A DNA stretch of 64,000 bases from a virus (IMGVR_UViG_3300027608_000021:1-64000), one strand, 5' to 3'; shown: positions 35,655 to 46,753, numbered from the stretch's first letter. Made by a program: numbers and translations. The notes: a model not told the origin generated them from the letters alone.

Positions 35655-38615
35655 ATGCCAGGTCCTTACAGTTGCTCAGAAGACGCAACCGCGATTAATA
35701 ATCCAAATGGGTCTGGTTATACTTCAGACTGGAATGCCAATGGCGTAATGTCTCCTATTGGGGTCAACACTAATGGCACAATCCTTTTCCGAGCGCGAAT
35801 GCAATTCACTGGATTTTCAGCTACTGGAATCCAAAGCATTACCAATGCTAAGCTAAAGCTTTATTACTATCATAGTGGCACCTCTTCAAATAACGCTGGA
35901 AACTCTGGCACTAGCACAAATCGTATCGTGCAAGTATACTTGGCAAACAGTACAAACAGTATTGTGGACACTGGTGGTGGAACTCCATTTCCAGCTTCTG
36001 GCTGGACAAGCAAAAGTGGATACAACTGGGAAACGCAATTTGCCAACGGAACATACTATTCTGGAATCTCTGCTACAGAGACAATTAGCGGAGTAACTTC
36101 TAACGGAACACTCGTAGAAGTTGACGTTACAAATCTTATGCAGTACCTTATCAGCAATCCAGGATTTACTTTCCGAGGATTTTTGCTGAAGCTTGACGCT
36201 GAAGGATCGAGCAATACAAACTCTTTTGTTCAATTCTACTCTAGGAACTCTTCATTTCCTCCAGTTCTTGAAACCACAGAAGTAACAAACACTGCTCCGA
36301 ATGCACCGACAGGTCTTTCACCTACTGGTGGGGCTGTTGTTACATCTAAGGTTCTTAGCGGAACGCTAAGTGACCCTGATGCTTCGGATTCACTCTCAGC
36401 AGTACAAGTTCAAATTGCAAGTGATTCTGGATTTACATCAATCGTTTACGATTCTGGAACAGTATCAGATACTGGAACTACATTTTCAGTAACCCATAAC
36501 GCTTCTTTGACCTACAACACAACTTATTATTGGCGAGCTCGAACAAAAGATCTTGCTGGTCTTTGGGGTCCGTATTCTTCTGGTGATACTTTCAGGCAGA
36601 ATACAAAGCCAAACACACCAAGTGGTCTTACGCCTACTGGCGGAGTTCTTGTTCCAAGCCTTACACCGACGTTTAGCGGTCAAGGATCAGATCCTGACCC
36701 AGGCGACTCACTTGCTACGGCAAGAATCCTAGTATACCGTACCAGTGATAACACGCTGATGTGGGATAGTGGAGACTTTGCTTCTGGAGTTGCTTCGTTC
36801 ACTAAGCAGTACGGAAATGGTGGAACTGTTTACTTTAACTTGAGCTACGGCACATCGTACTACTGGAATGCAACAGTTAAAGACACAAACAGTGCTTCTT
36901 CATCGACATCCTCGTCATCTACATTTGTAACAGATATCGCTGGTGTTACAGACATGACACCTAACATTACGAATGGTACGACTGGTTGGGTTAAGACGCT
37001 AACTCCATCTTTTAACTTTGTAACTCCAGCAAATATGAATCAGTATACGTTAAAATTCTATGATACAAATAATACTCTTATTAGTACAATTGGACCAACT
37101 GCGGTAAGCCCAGTAGCCACAACTCTGGCAACTGCTTACACCTACAGCGGGTCCCCAGCGCTAGAGTATGGCACAAGATATCAATGGACTGTAACCTGGA
37201 GGGATACAAGCAATGTAACCCAGCCAGAATCTGTAAAAGCTGCGTTTTGGATCAATGCTGCACCAGTTGCAAATAATGTTAGTCCGAGCAATAATCAGGC
37301 AGTTACATCAATTAACCCTGTTATTCAAACAGCTTTTGCTGATCAGGATCTTGCAAACGGATTTGAAGATTCCCCAACAGCTCTGTCAATCGAAGTAAGT
37401 CGAGCAAGCGATAGCGTTGTTATGTATACCATGACTAAAACCGCATCTTTGGAAAGTGGTGTTAACTCACTGTTTCAAGGCGCTTCTGGTGTAACTACTA
37501 CTGCTGGGGCTGGCGGCACTACACTTACTAAGAATGTTCAGTATCGTTACCGAAGCCAGTACACGGACAACTCTGGTGCTTCAAACGCACAAGGTTCCTA
37601 TACTGACTATGTGTTTTTTAAGCCAACAGACGGTCCTACAATTTCTTCCCTTGCGGTGGATGCAAGTGACCTAACAACTGGAAAAATCAATAACGCGGTT
37701 CCTCTTCTAAGTTACACATATACTGCGGCGTTTGGTAAGGCTCAAAAGAGCCGACGCTTGAGGATTATTGAAACAAGTTCTGGCAATTCTGTGCGGTACG
37801 ACAGTGGGTTTATTCTTACTGCGGATGCATCATTTGATTCGCCAGCTGATATCATCCTTAACAACGCTACCTATAAGTTCGAAGTAACAGTACAGGATAG
37901 CGACGACATCGAGTCCTCTACGATTTCTGTAACTTACGTTGCCTTGTGGAATGCACCAGCAGTTATTACTGGGCTTAGCATTGAGCAGGGCAACGGAACT
38001 TTAAAGTTGACATGGGACCAGTCATCTGATGCATCTTTCACAAAGTACAATGTGTACCGTCGAGACTACGGTAGCTCTGTACCTTATGAATTCATTACAA
38101 GCATTCAAGATATTGGAACAGTAAACTACACAGACTTCTCTGCTGGAATTGGTGCAAGGTATGAGTATAAAGTTACTCAGACTTCTACTCCAGTAGGCTC
38201 CAATCCAGTTGATTCCGATATCGATGCGACGACCCTTACGGTTGGAGCCTCAATCTACGACAACTGGTTTATTGTCTATGACGGCAATGAGGCGCTTGGA
38301 GTTGAGCTTTATGTTGACTCCGAGGACCGAACTAATCCATATCAAGAAGAGATCTTTGAACCGTTTGGTCGATCCAAAAAGGTTGTGGTCCGATATGGTC
38401 AGTATGGTGTAGAGGGAAACATTTCAGCATACATTCCTAACGATGAGGTCGAGGTTAAGCTATCAAAGATCAAGCAGCTTTTTGAGCTGAGTGTTCCTCT
38501 TTACCTAAAAACACCATTTGGTGATGTATACAAGGTTTATTTTAGCACTCCATCCTACCAGTACGCAACTGGTGGAACTGTAAAAATTTCAGTAGGATAT
38601 ATTGAGGTTGACTAA
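35655..38615 (+). CDS. minor tail protein with Ig/FN3-like repeats
   Basis: S/T-rich; repeated NTAPNAPT..LSP, SDPD..D, YYWRAR. Confidence 0.75.
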   Translation: MPGPYSCSEDATAINNPNGSGYTSDWNANGVMSPIGVNTNGTILFRARMQFTGFSATGIQSITNAKLKLYYYHSGTSSNNAGNSGTSTNRIVQVYLANSTNSIVDTGGGTPFPASGWTSKSGYNWETQFANGTYYSGISATETISGVTSNGTLVEVDVTNLMQYLISNPGFTFRGFLLKLDAEGSSNTNSFVQFYSRNSSFPPVLETTEVTNTAPNAPTGLSPTGGAVVTSKVLSGTLSDPDASDSLSAVQVQIASDSGFTSIVYDSGTVSDTGTTFSVTHNASLTYNTTYYWRARTKDLAGLWGPYSSGDTFRQNTKPNTPSGLTPTGGVLVPSLTPTFSGQGSDPDPGDSLATARILVYRTSDNTLMWDSGDFASGVASFTKQYGNGGTVYFNLSYGTSYYWNATVKDTNSASSSTSSSSTFVTDIAGVTDMTPNITNGTTGWVKTLTPSFNFVTPANMNQYTLKFYDTNNTLISTIGPTAVSPVATTLATAYTYSGSPALEYGTRYQWTVTWRDTSNVTQPESVKAAFWINAAPVANNVSPSNNQAVTSINPVIQTAFADQDLANGFEDSPTALSIEVSRASDSVVMYTMTKTASLESGVNSLFQGASGVTTTAGAGGTTLTKNVQYRYRSQYTDNSGASNAQGSYTDYVFFKPTDGPTISSLAVDASDLTTGKINNAVPLLSYTYTAAFGKAQKSRRLRIIETSSGNSVRYDSGFILTADASFDSPADIILNNATYKFEVTVQDSDDIESSTISVTYVALWNAPAVITGLSIEQGNGTLKLTWDQSSDASFTKYNVYRRDYGSSVPYEFITSIQDIGTVNYTDFSAGIGARYEYKVTQTSTPVGSNPVDSDIDATTLTVGASIYDNWFIVYDGNEALGVELYVDSEDRTNPYQEEIFEPFGRSKKVVVRYGQYGVEGNISAYIPNDEVEVKLSKIKQLFELSVPLYLKTPFGDVYKVYFSTPSYQYATGGTVKISVGYIEVD

Positions 38616-39820
38616 TGTATAGTGGTATCCCGAATCTCAACGAATTCAAAGAAGCGCTGCTTGCGCCAATCCGAGACGTTAAGATTCGGGTTACTGCTTT
38701 AAATAGCAGTCTGGTGCCAATTCAGGAGGTTACCGCCTCCACAATTGAAGGAACAGTATACGTCGATACGTCGAGGGCAACACGGCGAACGTGTCAGCTC
38801 CGACTCATTGATAAGAACGGCGAGTACACGCCAAAAGATTCTAGCTCAGTCTTCTACTGGGACAAACTGATCAAGATTGAGTATGGACTGAAGATCGATG
38901 GTGAGTACACATATGTACCCCTAGGTGTCTTTACGATTGACCGATCTGAGATAATTGCAGAGAACGGCGCAGCTGTTATCAACATTGATGGCAGCGACCA
39001 GTGGGATTCGTTCTCTATGGCAACTTTCACCAGCAATAGTGGATGGGCAAGCGGAACTTCTATTAACCAGATTATCTCCGATACAGCAAGCCTGTGTGGA
39101 TTACCTTTGACAAGAATTACCCTTGACCCACTAGGAAGTCGAAGTGCGACCGAAAAGCAAGTCAACGTAACCTGGAAGTATTTTATTGGCGATAATATCG
39201 GTCAGAAGCTAAAAGACTGGGCTCAGGACTGGTCAATCGATATCTACTTTGATGTCAATGGCAACCTTGTCACCCATGACATGACCCTGCCACCATACAC
39301 TGGTACCTCCAACAGCGCACCAGATGCATCATTCGCAGTTGGTGACAATGCTATTATGCTTGGTATCCAAAAGGCTCAATCATCTCACACAATCTTTAAC
39401 CACATTGTAGTTACTGGAGATACCTCCGATGGTACAGCAGCGGTTCGCGGCGAGTATATTGAAGGTACTGGTACAAATGTCAACACTTCACCGCTGAAGA
39501 GGACCTACAACGGTCGAGTAGGAACTGGTCTTACAATTCAAGAACTTGGATCAAAGATTCTTGTAATTCGAACTACTACGCTTAAAACTTCTCAGCAGTG
39601 CCTCGACCGAGCAAAAGTTGAGCTGTCTAAGAATCTTGTCGTTGAGGAAACGATTCAGTTGCCGACCATTGTAAACCCTTTATTTGAAGGTCACGATGTT
39701 ATTGAGATTACTGAGCAGAACACTGGTCTCCAGCAGCAGAAATATACACTAGATTCTTTTGATATTCCAATGCGCTCTAGCCGACAAGTTCTGAACGTCA
39801 AGAAGATGAGGGCACTCTAA
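38615..39820 (+). CDS. minor tail/hub protein
   Basis: RRTCQL, VPLGVF, YFDVNG, FNHIVVTG. Confidence 0.75.
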   Translation: MYSGIPNLNEFKEALLAPIRDVKIRVTALNSSLVPIQEVTASTIEGTVYVDTSRATRRTCQLRLIDKNGEYTPKDSSSVFYWDKLIKIEYGLKIDGEYTYVPLGVFTIDRSEIIAENGAAVINIDGSDQWDSFSMATFTSNSGWASGTSINQIISDTASLCGLPLTRITLDPLGSRSATEKQVNVTWKYFIGDNIGQKLKDWAQDWSIDIYFDVNGNLVTHDMTLPPYTGTSNSAPDASFAVGDNAIMLGIQKAQSSHTIFNHIVVTGDTSDGTAAVRGEYIEGTGTNVNTSPLKRTYNGRVGTGLTIQELGSKILVIRTTTLKTSQQCLDRAKVELSKNLVVEETIQLPTIVNPLFEGHDVIEITEQNTGLQQQKYTLDSFDIPMRSSRQVLNVKKMRAL

Positions 39821-40875
39821 TGGCAGATATTGGCGATAAGTCGTTTACCACAGACATGATTCAGCTGATCAAAGATGCTGTTAAAGCAGAGCTTGGCACA
39901 AATGCATTTATTAACCGCTATCTTGCAGAAGTTACCGTAGTTAACTCTACAACCTCTGAGATTACTGTAAAACTATCTGGATCAGACGTAGCAACTGATG
40001 GATTCCGCTCAAGAGGGTTGCAACTACCATCTGTTGGAGATCAAGTAATTGCATGCGTAGATGGTCAAGACCGCTGGATTGAATCGGTGGTTCGCCCAGC
40101 AACAAGTACACCATATCTGCAAATCTCCTCTGGTGCTATTACTGGAGTCGCTGGAGCACCAACTGGCTCTGTTCTTGGGTGGCTCACTGGAACGGCTCCT
40201 ACGGGCTGGCTTTTCTGCGATGGCACTTCATACGCATATGACACCTACCCAGCCTTAGGAGCGCTCCTAGGGGGGTCTGCGGGGGGAAATTTCAACGTCC
40301 CAGACATGAGGGATCGATTTCTCGGGTCTTTGGCTGCTGTCGGCACATGGTCCAATACCACAGGGGCAATTGGACCAAATAGCACGATTACAAATAGCCG
40401 TGCACATACACATTCAACATCTCACAGCCATAACCACAATCATACATTCAGTGGATCGTCTCATACCCATGGAGCTGGAACATATAATCCAACTGCAACA
40501 ACAATTGGAGCACTAGCAACCACTCAAGCTGGATTGCATAGCCACACAGCGCCGATAGTAACTGAATCAAGCGGTTCACCATCCTCAACGGTTAACAGGG
40601 ACTCTGGAGGAACTGCGGCTGCAACTGCATCGTCGACGCATACACACAGTTATACCGCTGGCGCATGGACAACTACAACTGCAACTTCTCATGACCATGA
40701 TGTAACAGTTCCTTCTCACGACCACGGATTTAACGGAGATAGTGGAGGAGCTACACCATCAGGAACAATCGGTTCTGATAGCACAGTAGACACAACTGAT
40801 ACTGGCGCAGCAACGTATAGCGGATCTGACATTTCACCGAAAGCAACAAGACTAAACTTTATTATTAAAACCTAA
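39820..40875 (+). CDS. tail fibre/spike with collar domain and HxH metal-binding repeats
   Basis: APTGWLFCDG, FNVPDMRDRF, multiple HTH/HSH, LNFIIK. Confidence 0.8.
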   Translation: MADIGDKSFTTDMIQLIKDAVKAELGTNAFINRYLAEVTVVNSTTSEITVKLSGSDVATDGFRSRGLQLPSVGDQVIACVDGQDRWIESVVRPATSTPYLQISSGAITGVAGAPTGSVLGWLTGTAPTGWLFCDGTSYAYDTYPALGALLGGSAGGNFNVPDMRDRFLGSLAAVGTWSNTTGAIGPNSTITNSRAHTHSTSHSHNHNHTFSGSSHTHGAGTYNPTATTIGALATTQAGLHSHTAPIVTESSGSPSSTVNRDSGGTAAATASSTHTHSYTAGAWTTTTATSHDHDVTVPSHDHGFNGDSGGATPSGTIGSDSTVDTTDTGAATYSGSDISPKATRLNFIIKT

Positions 40876-40884
40876 GGAGGGCTT

Positions 40885-41238
40885 ATGCCTGCTGGAAAGC
40901 ATGACATTATTATCGAGCAAGGGGCTACCTTTCGACGGGTTATTACCTGGAAGGACTCGGCTGGAGCCGCAATTAATCTTACTGGCTATACTGCCAAGAT
41001 GCAAGTACGAGAGCGTGTCCGTGATACGGACGTTGTGCTTGAGTGCAGCACTGCAAATGGTCGGATTACGCTTGGAGGTAATCTTGGAACAATTACCATT
41101 GTTGCACAAGATGAAATTACAGCAACTCTCAGCGAGATGCCAAAGGCTGTCTATGACCTTGAACTTACCTCGGCTGGCGGAGAAGTTACACGCCTGCTTC
41201 GCGGGTACGCACAGATCGTTCCAGAGGTGACAAGATGA
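40885..41238 (+). CDS. baseplate/fibre-associated protein
   Basis: IEQGATF, INLTGYTAKMQVR, YDLEL. Confidence 0.7.
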   Translation: MPAGKHDIIIEQGATFRRVITWKDSAGAAINLTGYTAKMQVRERVRDTDVVLECSTANGRITLGGNLGTITIVAQDEITATLSEMPKAVYDLELTSAGGEVTRLLRGYAQIVPEVTR

Positions 41239-41576
41239 CAGATATTGTAAACATTGAGAGCCCGAACACGGTTGTAGAAATAGATGAAACGAACCTAGAA
41301 GTAACGATGGCTGCAGCAGGACCGCAAGGTCCATCTGGCGCTGCTGGAGCTCAAGGACCTGCAGGTGCTGCTGGAGCATCACACTCTACATATGTACATA
41401 ACCAGAATGTACCCGCAAGTTTTTGGGACATCACCCACAATCTTGTTTCATACCCTTCAGTATCGGTTATTGATAGTACGGGCGGTTTCGTCGTTGGCGA
41501 TATCAGCTACGTGTCGAATAACCGTCTAACAATCACTTTCTCTGGGTCTTTCTCAGGGCAAGCATTTTTGAATTAA
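41235..41576 (+). CDS. collagen-like fibre-associated protein
   Basis: GPQGPSGAAG repeats; W.ITHNL..YPSV. Confidence 0.7.
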   Translation: MTDIVNIESPNTVVEIDETNLEVTMAAAGPQGPSGAAGAQGPAGAAGASHSTYVHNQNVPASFWDITHNLVSYPSVSVIDSTGGFVVGDISYVSNNRLTITFSGSFSGQAFLN

Positions 41577-41585
41577 GGAGATACC

Positions 41586-42938
41586 ATGGCTACAAAGTTT
41601 CTTGCTAATATTAACCTAAGTCAGAACGAACTCCAGAACGCTCGAGTCCAGAACCTGACAACGACACAGATCAACGCGATCTCTGCTCCAGTTGAGGGTC
41701 AGATTGCTTATGATACGACGCTTGATGTACTGAAGTATTATAACGGTACTGCTTGGACCGCACTTTCTAGTGGTGCTGGAACCGTCACTGCCGTTACTGG
41801 TACTGGCGCAATCTCATCGACTGGCGGAACAACCCCAGCGATCAGCATTGCCGACGCAACAACCAGCGTCAAGGGCGCTGTGCAACTCAGCGATTCTACG
41901 AGCACGACGAGCAGCATCCTTGCTGCAACCCCTACTGCGGTAAAGGCTGCGTACGACGCGGCTGCTGCTAAGGTAGCCAGCGTTACTGCTGGGTCTGCGC
42001 GAGTAACGATCGGCGGAACTGCAACTGCACCTACGGTGGATGTTGCTGCTGCTACAACCAGTGTTGCTGGTATCGTTGCACTCTCTGACTCAACCAGCAC
42101 GACGAGCAGCGTACTTGCTGCTACGCCAACTGCTGTAAAGGCTGCGTATGACCTCGCCGCTGGTAAGGCAAACACTTCCGACAAACTGAGCGTCTTTGCT
42201 GCGACCACCTCTGCCGAACTTGCTGGTGTCATCTCTGATGAGACTGGTACTGGCGCGCTGGTCTTTGCAAACACTCCTACCCTCGTTACGCCAAACATTG
42301 GCGTAGCGACTGGTACGAGCCTTGTGCTTTCTGGCGACCTGACGGTCAACGGAACCACGACGACCGTAAACTCCACAACCGTAACGGTTGACGACAAGAA
42401 CCTTGAACTTGGTTCTGTTGCAAGCCCAACGGATGCTGGTGCTGACGGCGGAGGTATTACCCTCAAGGGTACGACTGATAAGACAATTTCCTGGGTAGAT
42501 GCTACGGATGCATGGACTCTCTCTGAGCATGCAGACCTTGCTGCTGCCAAGGAATACAAGATCGCTGGAGCAAGCGTGCTCAGCGCATCGACTCTTGGAA
42601 GCGGCGTAACTGGCTCAAGCCTTACGTCGGTTGGAACGATTGCCACAGGCGTGTGGAATGGTACTGACATCGCTGTCGCAGACGGCGGTACTGGTTCTGG
42701 CACGGCTGCTGGTGCTAAGACGAACCTTGGCTTTATGACCCGCTACGCGGTCACGGCAACGTGGACCGCTGGCGAAAACAAGACCATTACGCACGCCCTT
42801 GGAACCAAGGATGTGACGTTTAGCGTCTACGATTCTTCAGATAACTACGTCATTGCTGACGTTGTTACTGCAACTACAAATACTATTACGGTAATGTGCA
42901 GCGTTGCTGGCGATTACCGAGTAGTAGTAATCGGCTGA
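41586..42938 (+). CDS. tail fibre protein
   Basis: Two ATTSVxGxVxLSDSTSTTSS.LAATPTAVKAAYD fibre repeats. Confidence 0.8.
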   Translation: MATKFLANINLSQNELQNARVQNLTTTQINAISAPVEGQIAYDTTLDVLKYYNGTAWTALSSGAGTVTAVTGTGAISSTGGTTPAISIADATTSVKGAVQLSDSTSTTSSILAATPTAVKAAYDAAAAKVASVTAGSARVTIGGTATAPTVDVAAATTSVAGIVALSDSTSTTSSVLAATPTAVKAAYDLAAGKANTSDKLSVFAATTSAELAGVISDETGTGALVFANTPTLVTPNIGVATGTSLVLSGDLTVNGTTTTVNSTTVTVDDKNLELGSVASPTDAGADGGGITLKGTTDKTISWVDATDAWTLSEHADLAAAKEYKIAGASVLSASTLGSGVTGSSLTSVGTIATGVWNGTDIAVADGGTGSGTAAGAKTNLGFMTRYAVTATWTAGENKTITHALGTKDVTFSVYDSSDNYVIADVVTATTNTITVMCSVAGDYRVVVIG

Positions 42939-42956
42939 TAACCGAAGGAGGTTTAC

Positions 42957-43538
42957 ATGCCTAAGTTTACTGCGTCATTAAATCTCCCGAAGTACGCCAC
43001 GGCTCCAGCGAGTCCTGTGGACGGAGACGTTTACTACAACACGACTGACAACAAGGTCTACTCACGCATCAATGGTGCGTGGGTAGACCTTGCTGCTTCT
43101 GGTGGTGGTGGTGGTGGTAATGCCGTGTACTATCAGACAACTGCTCCAGCAACTGGAAATGATGGGGACATCTGGATTGACTCTGATACATTTACCGTAG
43201 AGGCTAGCGGAGCAAACGGAGTTAACGCTTACAATGTTCCGATCACAACACAAGCAACTGCAAGGGATATTGCCCTAACAGATCTTGGAAAAATGATTGA
43301 GTCAACTTCTGCAACTGCAGTAACAATTACAGTTCGTTCAGATGGTGTCGTCCCTGGTTTTATTGCTGGTGATCAGATTATGATTCTTCAGTCTGGGGCT
43401 GGGCAGGTTACAATTGCTGGTAACGGTGCAACTATTAACGGCACACCTGGTTTGAAATTGAGGACCCAGTGGTCTTCAGCAACGCTTATTAAGCGAGACG
43501 CAAACACTTGGGTACTTATTGGGGATACAACGCCATGA
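42957..43538 (+). CDS. fibre/adaptor protein (paralog of 44589-45080)
   Basis: Q.GAGQ.TI...GTPGLKLRTQWS...W.L.GD. Confidence 0.75.
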   Translation: MPKFTASLNLPKYATAPASPVDGDVYYNTTDNKVYSRINGAWVDLAASGGGGGGNAVYYQTTAPATGNDGDIWIDSDTFTVEASGANGVNAYNVPITTQATARDIALTDLGKMIESTSATAVTITVRSDGVVPGFIAGDQIMILQSGAGQVTIAGNGATINGTPGLKLRTQWSSATLIKRDANTWVLIGDTTP

Positions 43539-44560
43539 TTTCCGCAACCTCTTCAATGACTCAAAGTATTCAGACAGGTTTTCCCGCTATTGCCGTTTCG
43601 CATAACACTACCCCATTCATTGCCGCCTACCCTTGGACTGGTGCGTTTGGAACCAAGGTTGCCAACCCAGCAACGCTGCCTGGAAGCAATGGGCAAGGAG
43701 TCACGTTTACCCCATCAGGTAGCCATATTGCCATATCGTACGGCACAAGTCCATACATTTCCGTCTACCCTTGGCGGGGGTTGTTTGGAACAAAGGTTGC
43801 AAACGCAGCAACACTGGTTGCAGGCAGCGGTTTCAGCGTAGCCTTCACTCCGTCAGGCGACCATATCGCTGTAGCGCATAGCACCACCCCATTCATCTCC
43901 GTTTACCCTTGGACAGGAGATTTTGGGACCAAGGTTGCTAATCCAGCAACGCTGCCTGCAGCCACTGGCAACGGCGTAGCCTTCACCGCATCAGGTAGTT
44001 ATATTGCCACGGCGGAATTTAACTCCCCATATGTCGGTGTCTACCCTTGGAATGGATCGTTTGGGACAAGGGTTGGCAATCCTGCAACGCTGCCTGCGGG
44101 CACTGGTCGCTCCGTAGCCTTCACCCCATCAGGTGATTATATTGCCGTTGGGCATAACACCACCCCATACATTTCCGCTTACCCTTGGACTGGTGCGTTT
44201 GGGACAAAGGTTGCTGATCCAGGAACCCTGCCTGCAAGCACTGGCAACGGCGTAGCCTTCACCCCGTCAGGTAGTTATATTGCCGTTGCGCACGCCACCA
44301 CCCCATACATTGCCGCCTACCCTTGGACTGGTGCGTTTGGAACCAAGGTTGCCAACCCAGCAACTACTCCTTCAAGCACTGGCAGCGGCGTAGCCTTCAC
44401 CTCGTCAGGCGACCATATCGCCGTAGCCCACACAGGCACTCCGTTCATCGCCGTCTATCCTTGGACAGGAGCATTTGGGACGAAGGTTGCTAATCCAGCC
44501 GTGTCACCTGCACAGGCTGGGTACAACGTAGCCTTCAAGGCAAGTACGGGAAAGCAATAA
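43535..44560 (+). CDS. beta-propeller repeat protein, putative receptor-binding 1
   Basis: ~7 x 44-aa repeats VAFTPSG.YIAV.H...P.I..YPWTGAFGTKVANPATLP. Confidence 0.8.
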   Translation: MISATSSMTQSIQTGFPAIAVSHNTTPFIAAYPWTGAFGTKVANPATLPGSNGQGVTFTPSGSHIAISYGTSPYISVYPWRGLFGTKVANAATLVAGSGFSVAFTPSGDHIAVAHSTTPFISVYPWTGDFGTKVANPATLPAATGNGVAFTASGSYIATAEFNSPYVGVYPWNGSFGTRVGNPATLPAGTGRSVAFTPSGDYIAVGHNTTPYISAYPWTGAFGTKVADPGTLPASTGNGVAFTPSGSYIAVAHATTPYIAAYPWTGAFGTKVANPATTPSSTGSGVAFTSSGDHIAVAHTGTPFIAVYPWTGAFGTKVANPAVSPAQAGYNVAFKASTGKQ

Positions 44561-44588
44561 AGTAGAATGAAAAAAATTTGGAGGTTAC

Positions 44589-45080
44589 ATGGGAAATAAG
44601 ATGTATGTTAGGAGCGCTGGTTCATGGGTAGAAACAACTGCTGGTTCTGCAGTTACTACTTCTGCGTCTATTCCTTCTAGCCCAGTTACTGGACAAACAT
44701 ATTTTAATACTACTGAAGATGTTCTATATGTTTACGATGGATCAGCTTGGTATCCTGCGGCAAATAAAGATTTGAATATTGAACAAAGGACCAGTTCTCA
44801 GGTGCTTGCGCTTGCAGACAAAAATCTTCTTATTGAAATGAACGTCGCAACTGGAAATACGGTTTCAATCCCAACTGATGCGTCTGTTTCTTTTCCAATT
44901 GGAACACAAATTAATATCTCCCAACTTGGTATTGGTCAAACAACTATTCAGGCAGTAACTTCAGGAACTACTACCGTTGTCGGATCTCCAGGTCTTAAAC
45001 TTCGTGCGCAGTATTCGTTTGTAACGTGTATTAAGCGCGCTGCAAACTTCTGGATTGTAGTTGGAGATACAGCAGCATGA
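44589..45080 (+). CDS. fibre/adaptor protein (paralog of 42957-43538)
   Basis: Q.G.GQTTI...GSPGLKLRAQYS...W..VGD. Confidence 0.75.
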   Translation: MGNKMYVRSAGSWVETTAGSAVTTSASIPSSPVTGQTYFNTTEDVLYVYDGSAWYPAANKDLNIEQRTSSQVLALADKNLLIEMNVATGNTVSIPTDASVSFPIGTQINISQLGIGQTTIQAVTSGTTTVVGSPGLKLRAQYSFVTCIKRAANFWIVVGDTAA

Positions 45081-46096
45081 TTCCTGGAGTTGTTGCACAG
45101 AATATTCAAACAGGATTTCCGTCTATCGTCATCGGTAATTCAACGAGCACATTTATTCACGCCTATCCTTGGGCGGGTGGGTTTAAAACAAAGGTTGCTG
45201 ATCCAGAAACCATGCCTGCTGGTGAGATTAGTGGCATAGCATTCACGCCATCTGGTAGTCATATCGCCGTATCACACACAGGCTCTCCATTTGTTTCCTC
45301 CTACCTTTGGCGTGGTGCATTCGGAACCAAGGTTTCCGATCCATCAACCCTTCCTGCGGGGGATGGGCGAGGCGTAGCCTTCACCCCATCAGGTGATAAC
45401 ATCGCCGTTGCGTACAACGGCTCACCAGGAGTTTCGGTGTATCCTTGGACTGGAGCTTTTGGAACCAAGGTTGCCAACCCAGCAATACTGCCTGGAGTTA
45501 CAAACAGCGTGACCTTCACCGCATCAGGTAGTTATATTGCCACGGCGGAATTTAGCTCTTCATATATCGGTGTCTACCCTTGGAATGGATCGTGGGGGAC
45601 AAGGGTTGCTAATCCAGCAACGCTGCCTGTAAGCATTGGTAACGATGTAGCATTCACGCCATCTGGTAGTCATATCGCCCTTGCGCATAACTCCACCCCA
45701 TTTATTGCCGTTTACCCATTTGCTGGGACGTTTGGAACCAAGGTTGCTAATCCTGCAACGCTGCCTGTGGGCAATGGGCGAGGCGTAGCCTTCACCCCGT
45801 CAGGTAGTTATATTGCCGTTGCGAGCCAAACCACCCCATTCATCTCCGTTTATCCCTGGACTGGTGCGTTTGGAACCAAGGTTGCTAATCCAGCGTCGGG
45901 GATTCCAAGCAGTGGGCAAAAGGTGCAGTTTGACTACTCTGGTAGTTATATTGCCATTGCGCACGACTCCAGCCCATTTGTTTCCGTTTACCCTTGGACG
46001 GGAACATTCGGGACAAAGGTTGCCAACCCAACAGTACTTCCAGGTGGCACTACGGGGAAAAACGTAACCTTTAAGGGAAACACTGGTAAGTTATAG
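45077..46096 (+). CDS. beta-propeller repeat protein, putative receptor-binding 2
   Basis: Same 44-aa repeat; paralog of 43535-44560. Confidence 0.8.
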   Translation: MIPGVVAQNIQTGFPSIVIGNSTSTFIHAYPWAGGFKTKVADPETMPAGEISGIAFTPSGSHIAVSHTGSPFVSSYLWRGAFGTKVSDPSTLPAGDGRGVAFTPSGDNIAVAYNGSPGVSVYPWTGAFGTKVANPAILPGVTNSVTFTASGSYIATAEFSSSYIGVYPWNGSWGTRVANPATLPVSIGNDVAFTPSGSHIALAHNSTPFIAVYPFAGTFGTKVANPATLPVGNGRGVAFTPSGSYIAVASQTTPFISVYPWTGAFGTKVANPASGIPSSGQKVQFDYSGSYIAIAHDSSPFVSVYPWTGTFGTKVANPTVLPGGTTGKNVTFKGNTGKL

Positions 46097-46161
46097 TGTA
46101 TAATTAACCCACCAAAAAACTTTTGGTGGGTAATATAGTGCCGAAAGGCAAGGAGTATATC

Positions 46162-46545
46162 GTGATTGTTACAGACGAGAAGAAGATCCAAGACCTCGCA
46201 GACAACGTAGTCATGCGAACGCACGAAGTGTATCAGTACGATCTGAACATTTCTAATTATCAGACAATTCTATCCGCAAGCGACGGCTCTTACCCAGCAC
46301 ACCTTCGCGCCTTGATTAACCTTTCGGACGATCAGGCTGTTGAGCAGTGTCCGATTGGAGATCTCGCAGAACTTGCAGAGCTCCAGCAGTATACTCGAGT
46401 CTCAAAGCTTATCCGCTCAGAGATCGTAGAGCGAACAAAGACAAACAGCATCTTGAGCGTAATCGCCGCACAACTTCACACACTTCTTCCTTCAACCGAA
46501 GATTACGATGCTGCTATTGATGCTGCAGTCGCCCGAAGGGGATAA
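46162..46545 (+). CDS. hypothetical protein
   Basis: AGGAG SD before GTG. Confidence 0.65.
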   Translation: MIVTDEKKIQDLADNVVMRTHEVYQYDLNISNYQTILSASDGSYPAHLRALINLSDDQAVEQCPIGDLAELAELQQYTRVSKLIRSEIVERTKTNSILSVIAAQLHTLLPSTEDYDAAIDAAVARRG

Positions 46546-46567
46546 TCAAAGTAATTAGGAGTACCCT

Positions 46568-46753
46568 ATGACTAAAGGTCAAGCAGATCTTATCCTTGAA
46601 CGGCTTGACCGAATTGAGGGTGATCTCACACTGATCAAACTAGAGATGGCTGAAACACGAGGCGCATATCGGCTTGCTAAGTTTGTGATTGCCCTTCTGG
46701 GCGTAAGCGGACTAGGCGGCGTTACCGCGTGGCTCGCAGGGCAGGGCAAATAA
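46568..46753 (+). CDS. coiled-coil plus TM protein (holin-like)
   Basis: LERLDRIE coil then C-terminal TM. Confidence 0.6.
   Translation: MTKGQADLILERLDRIEGDLTLIKLEMAETRGAYRLAKFVIALLGVSGLGGVTAWLAGQGK

Noticed and set aside
43535-46096. Diversity-generating retroelement TR/VR pair
   Set aside because: No reverse transcriptase in the genome; both repeats are coding and differences are not evidently adenine-specific
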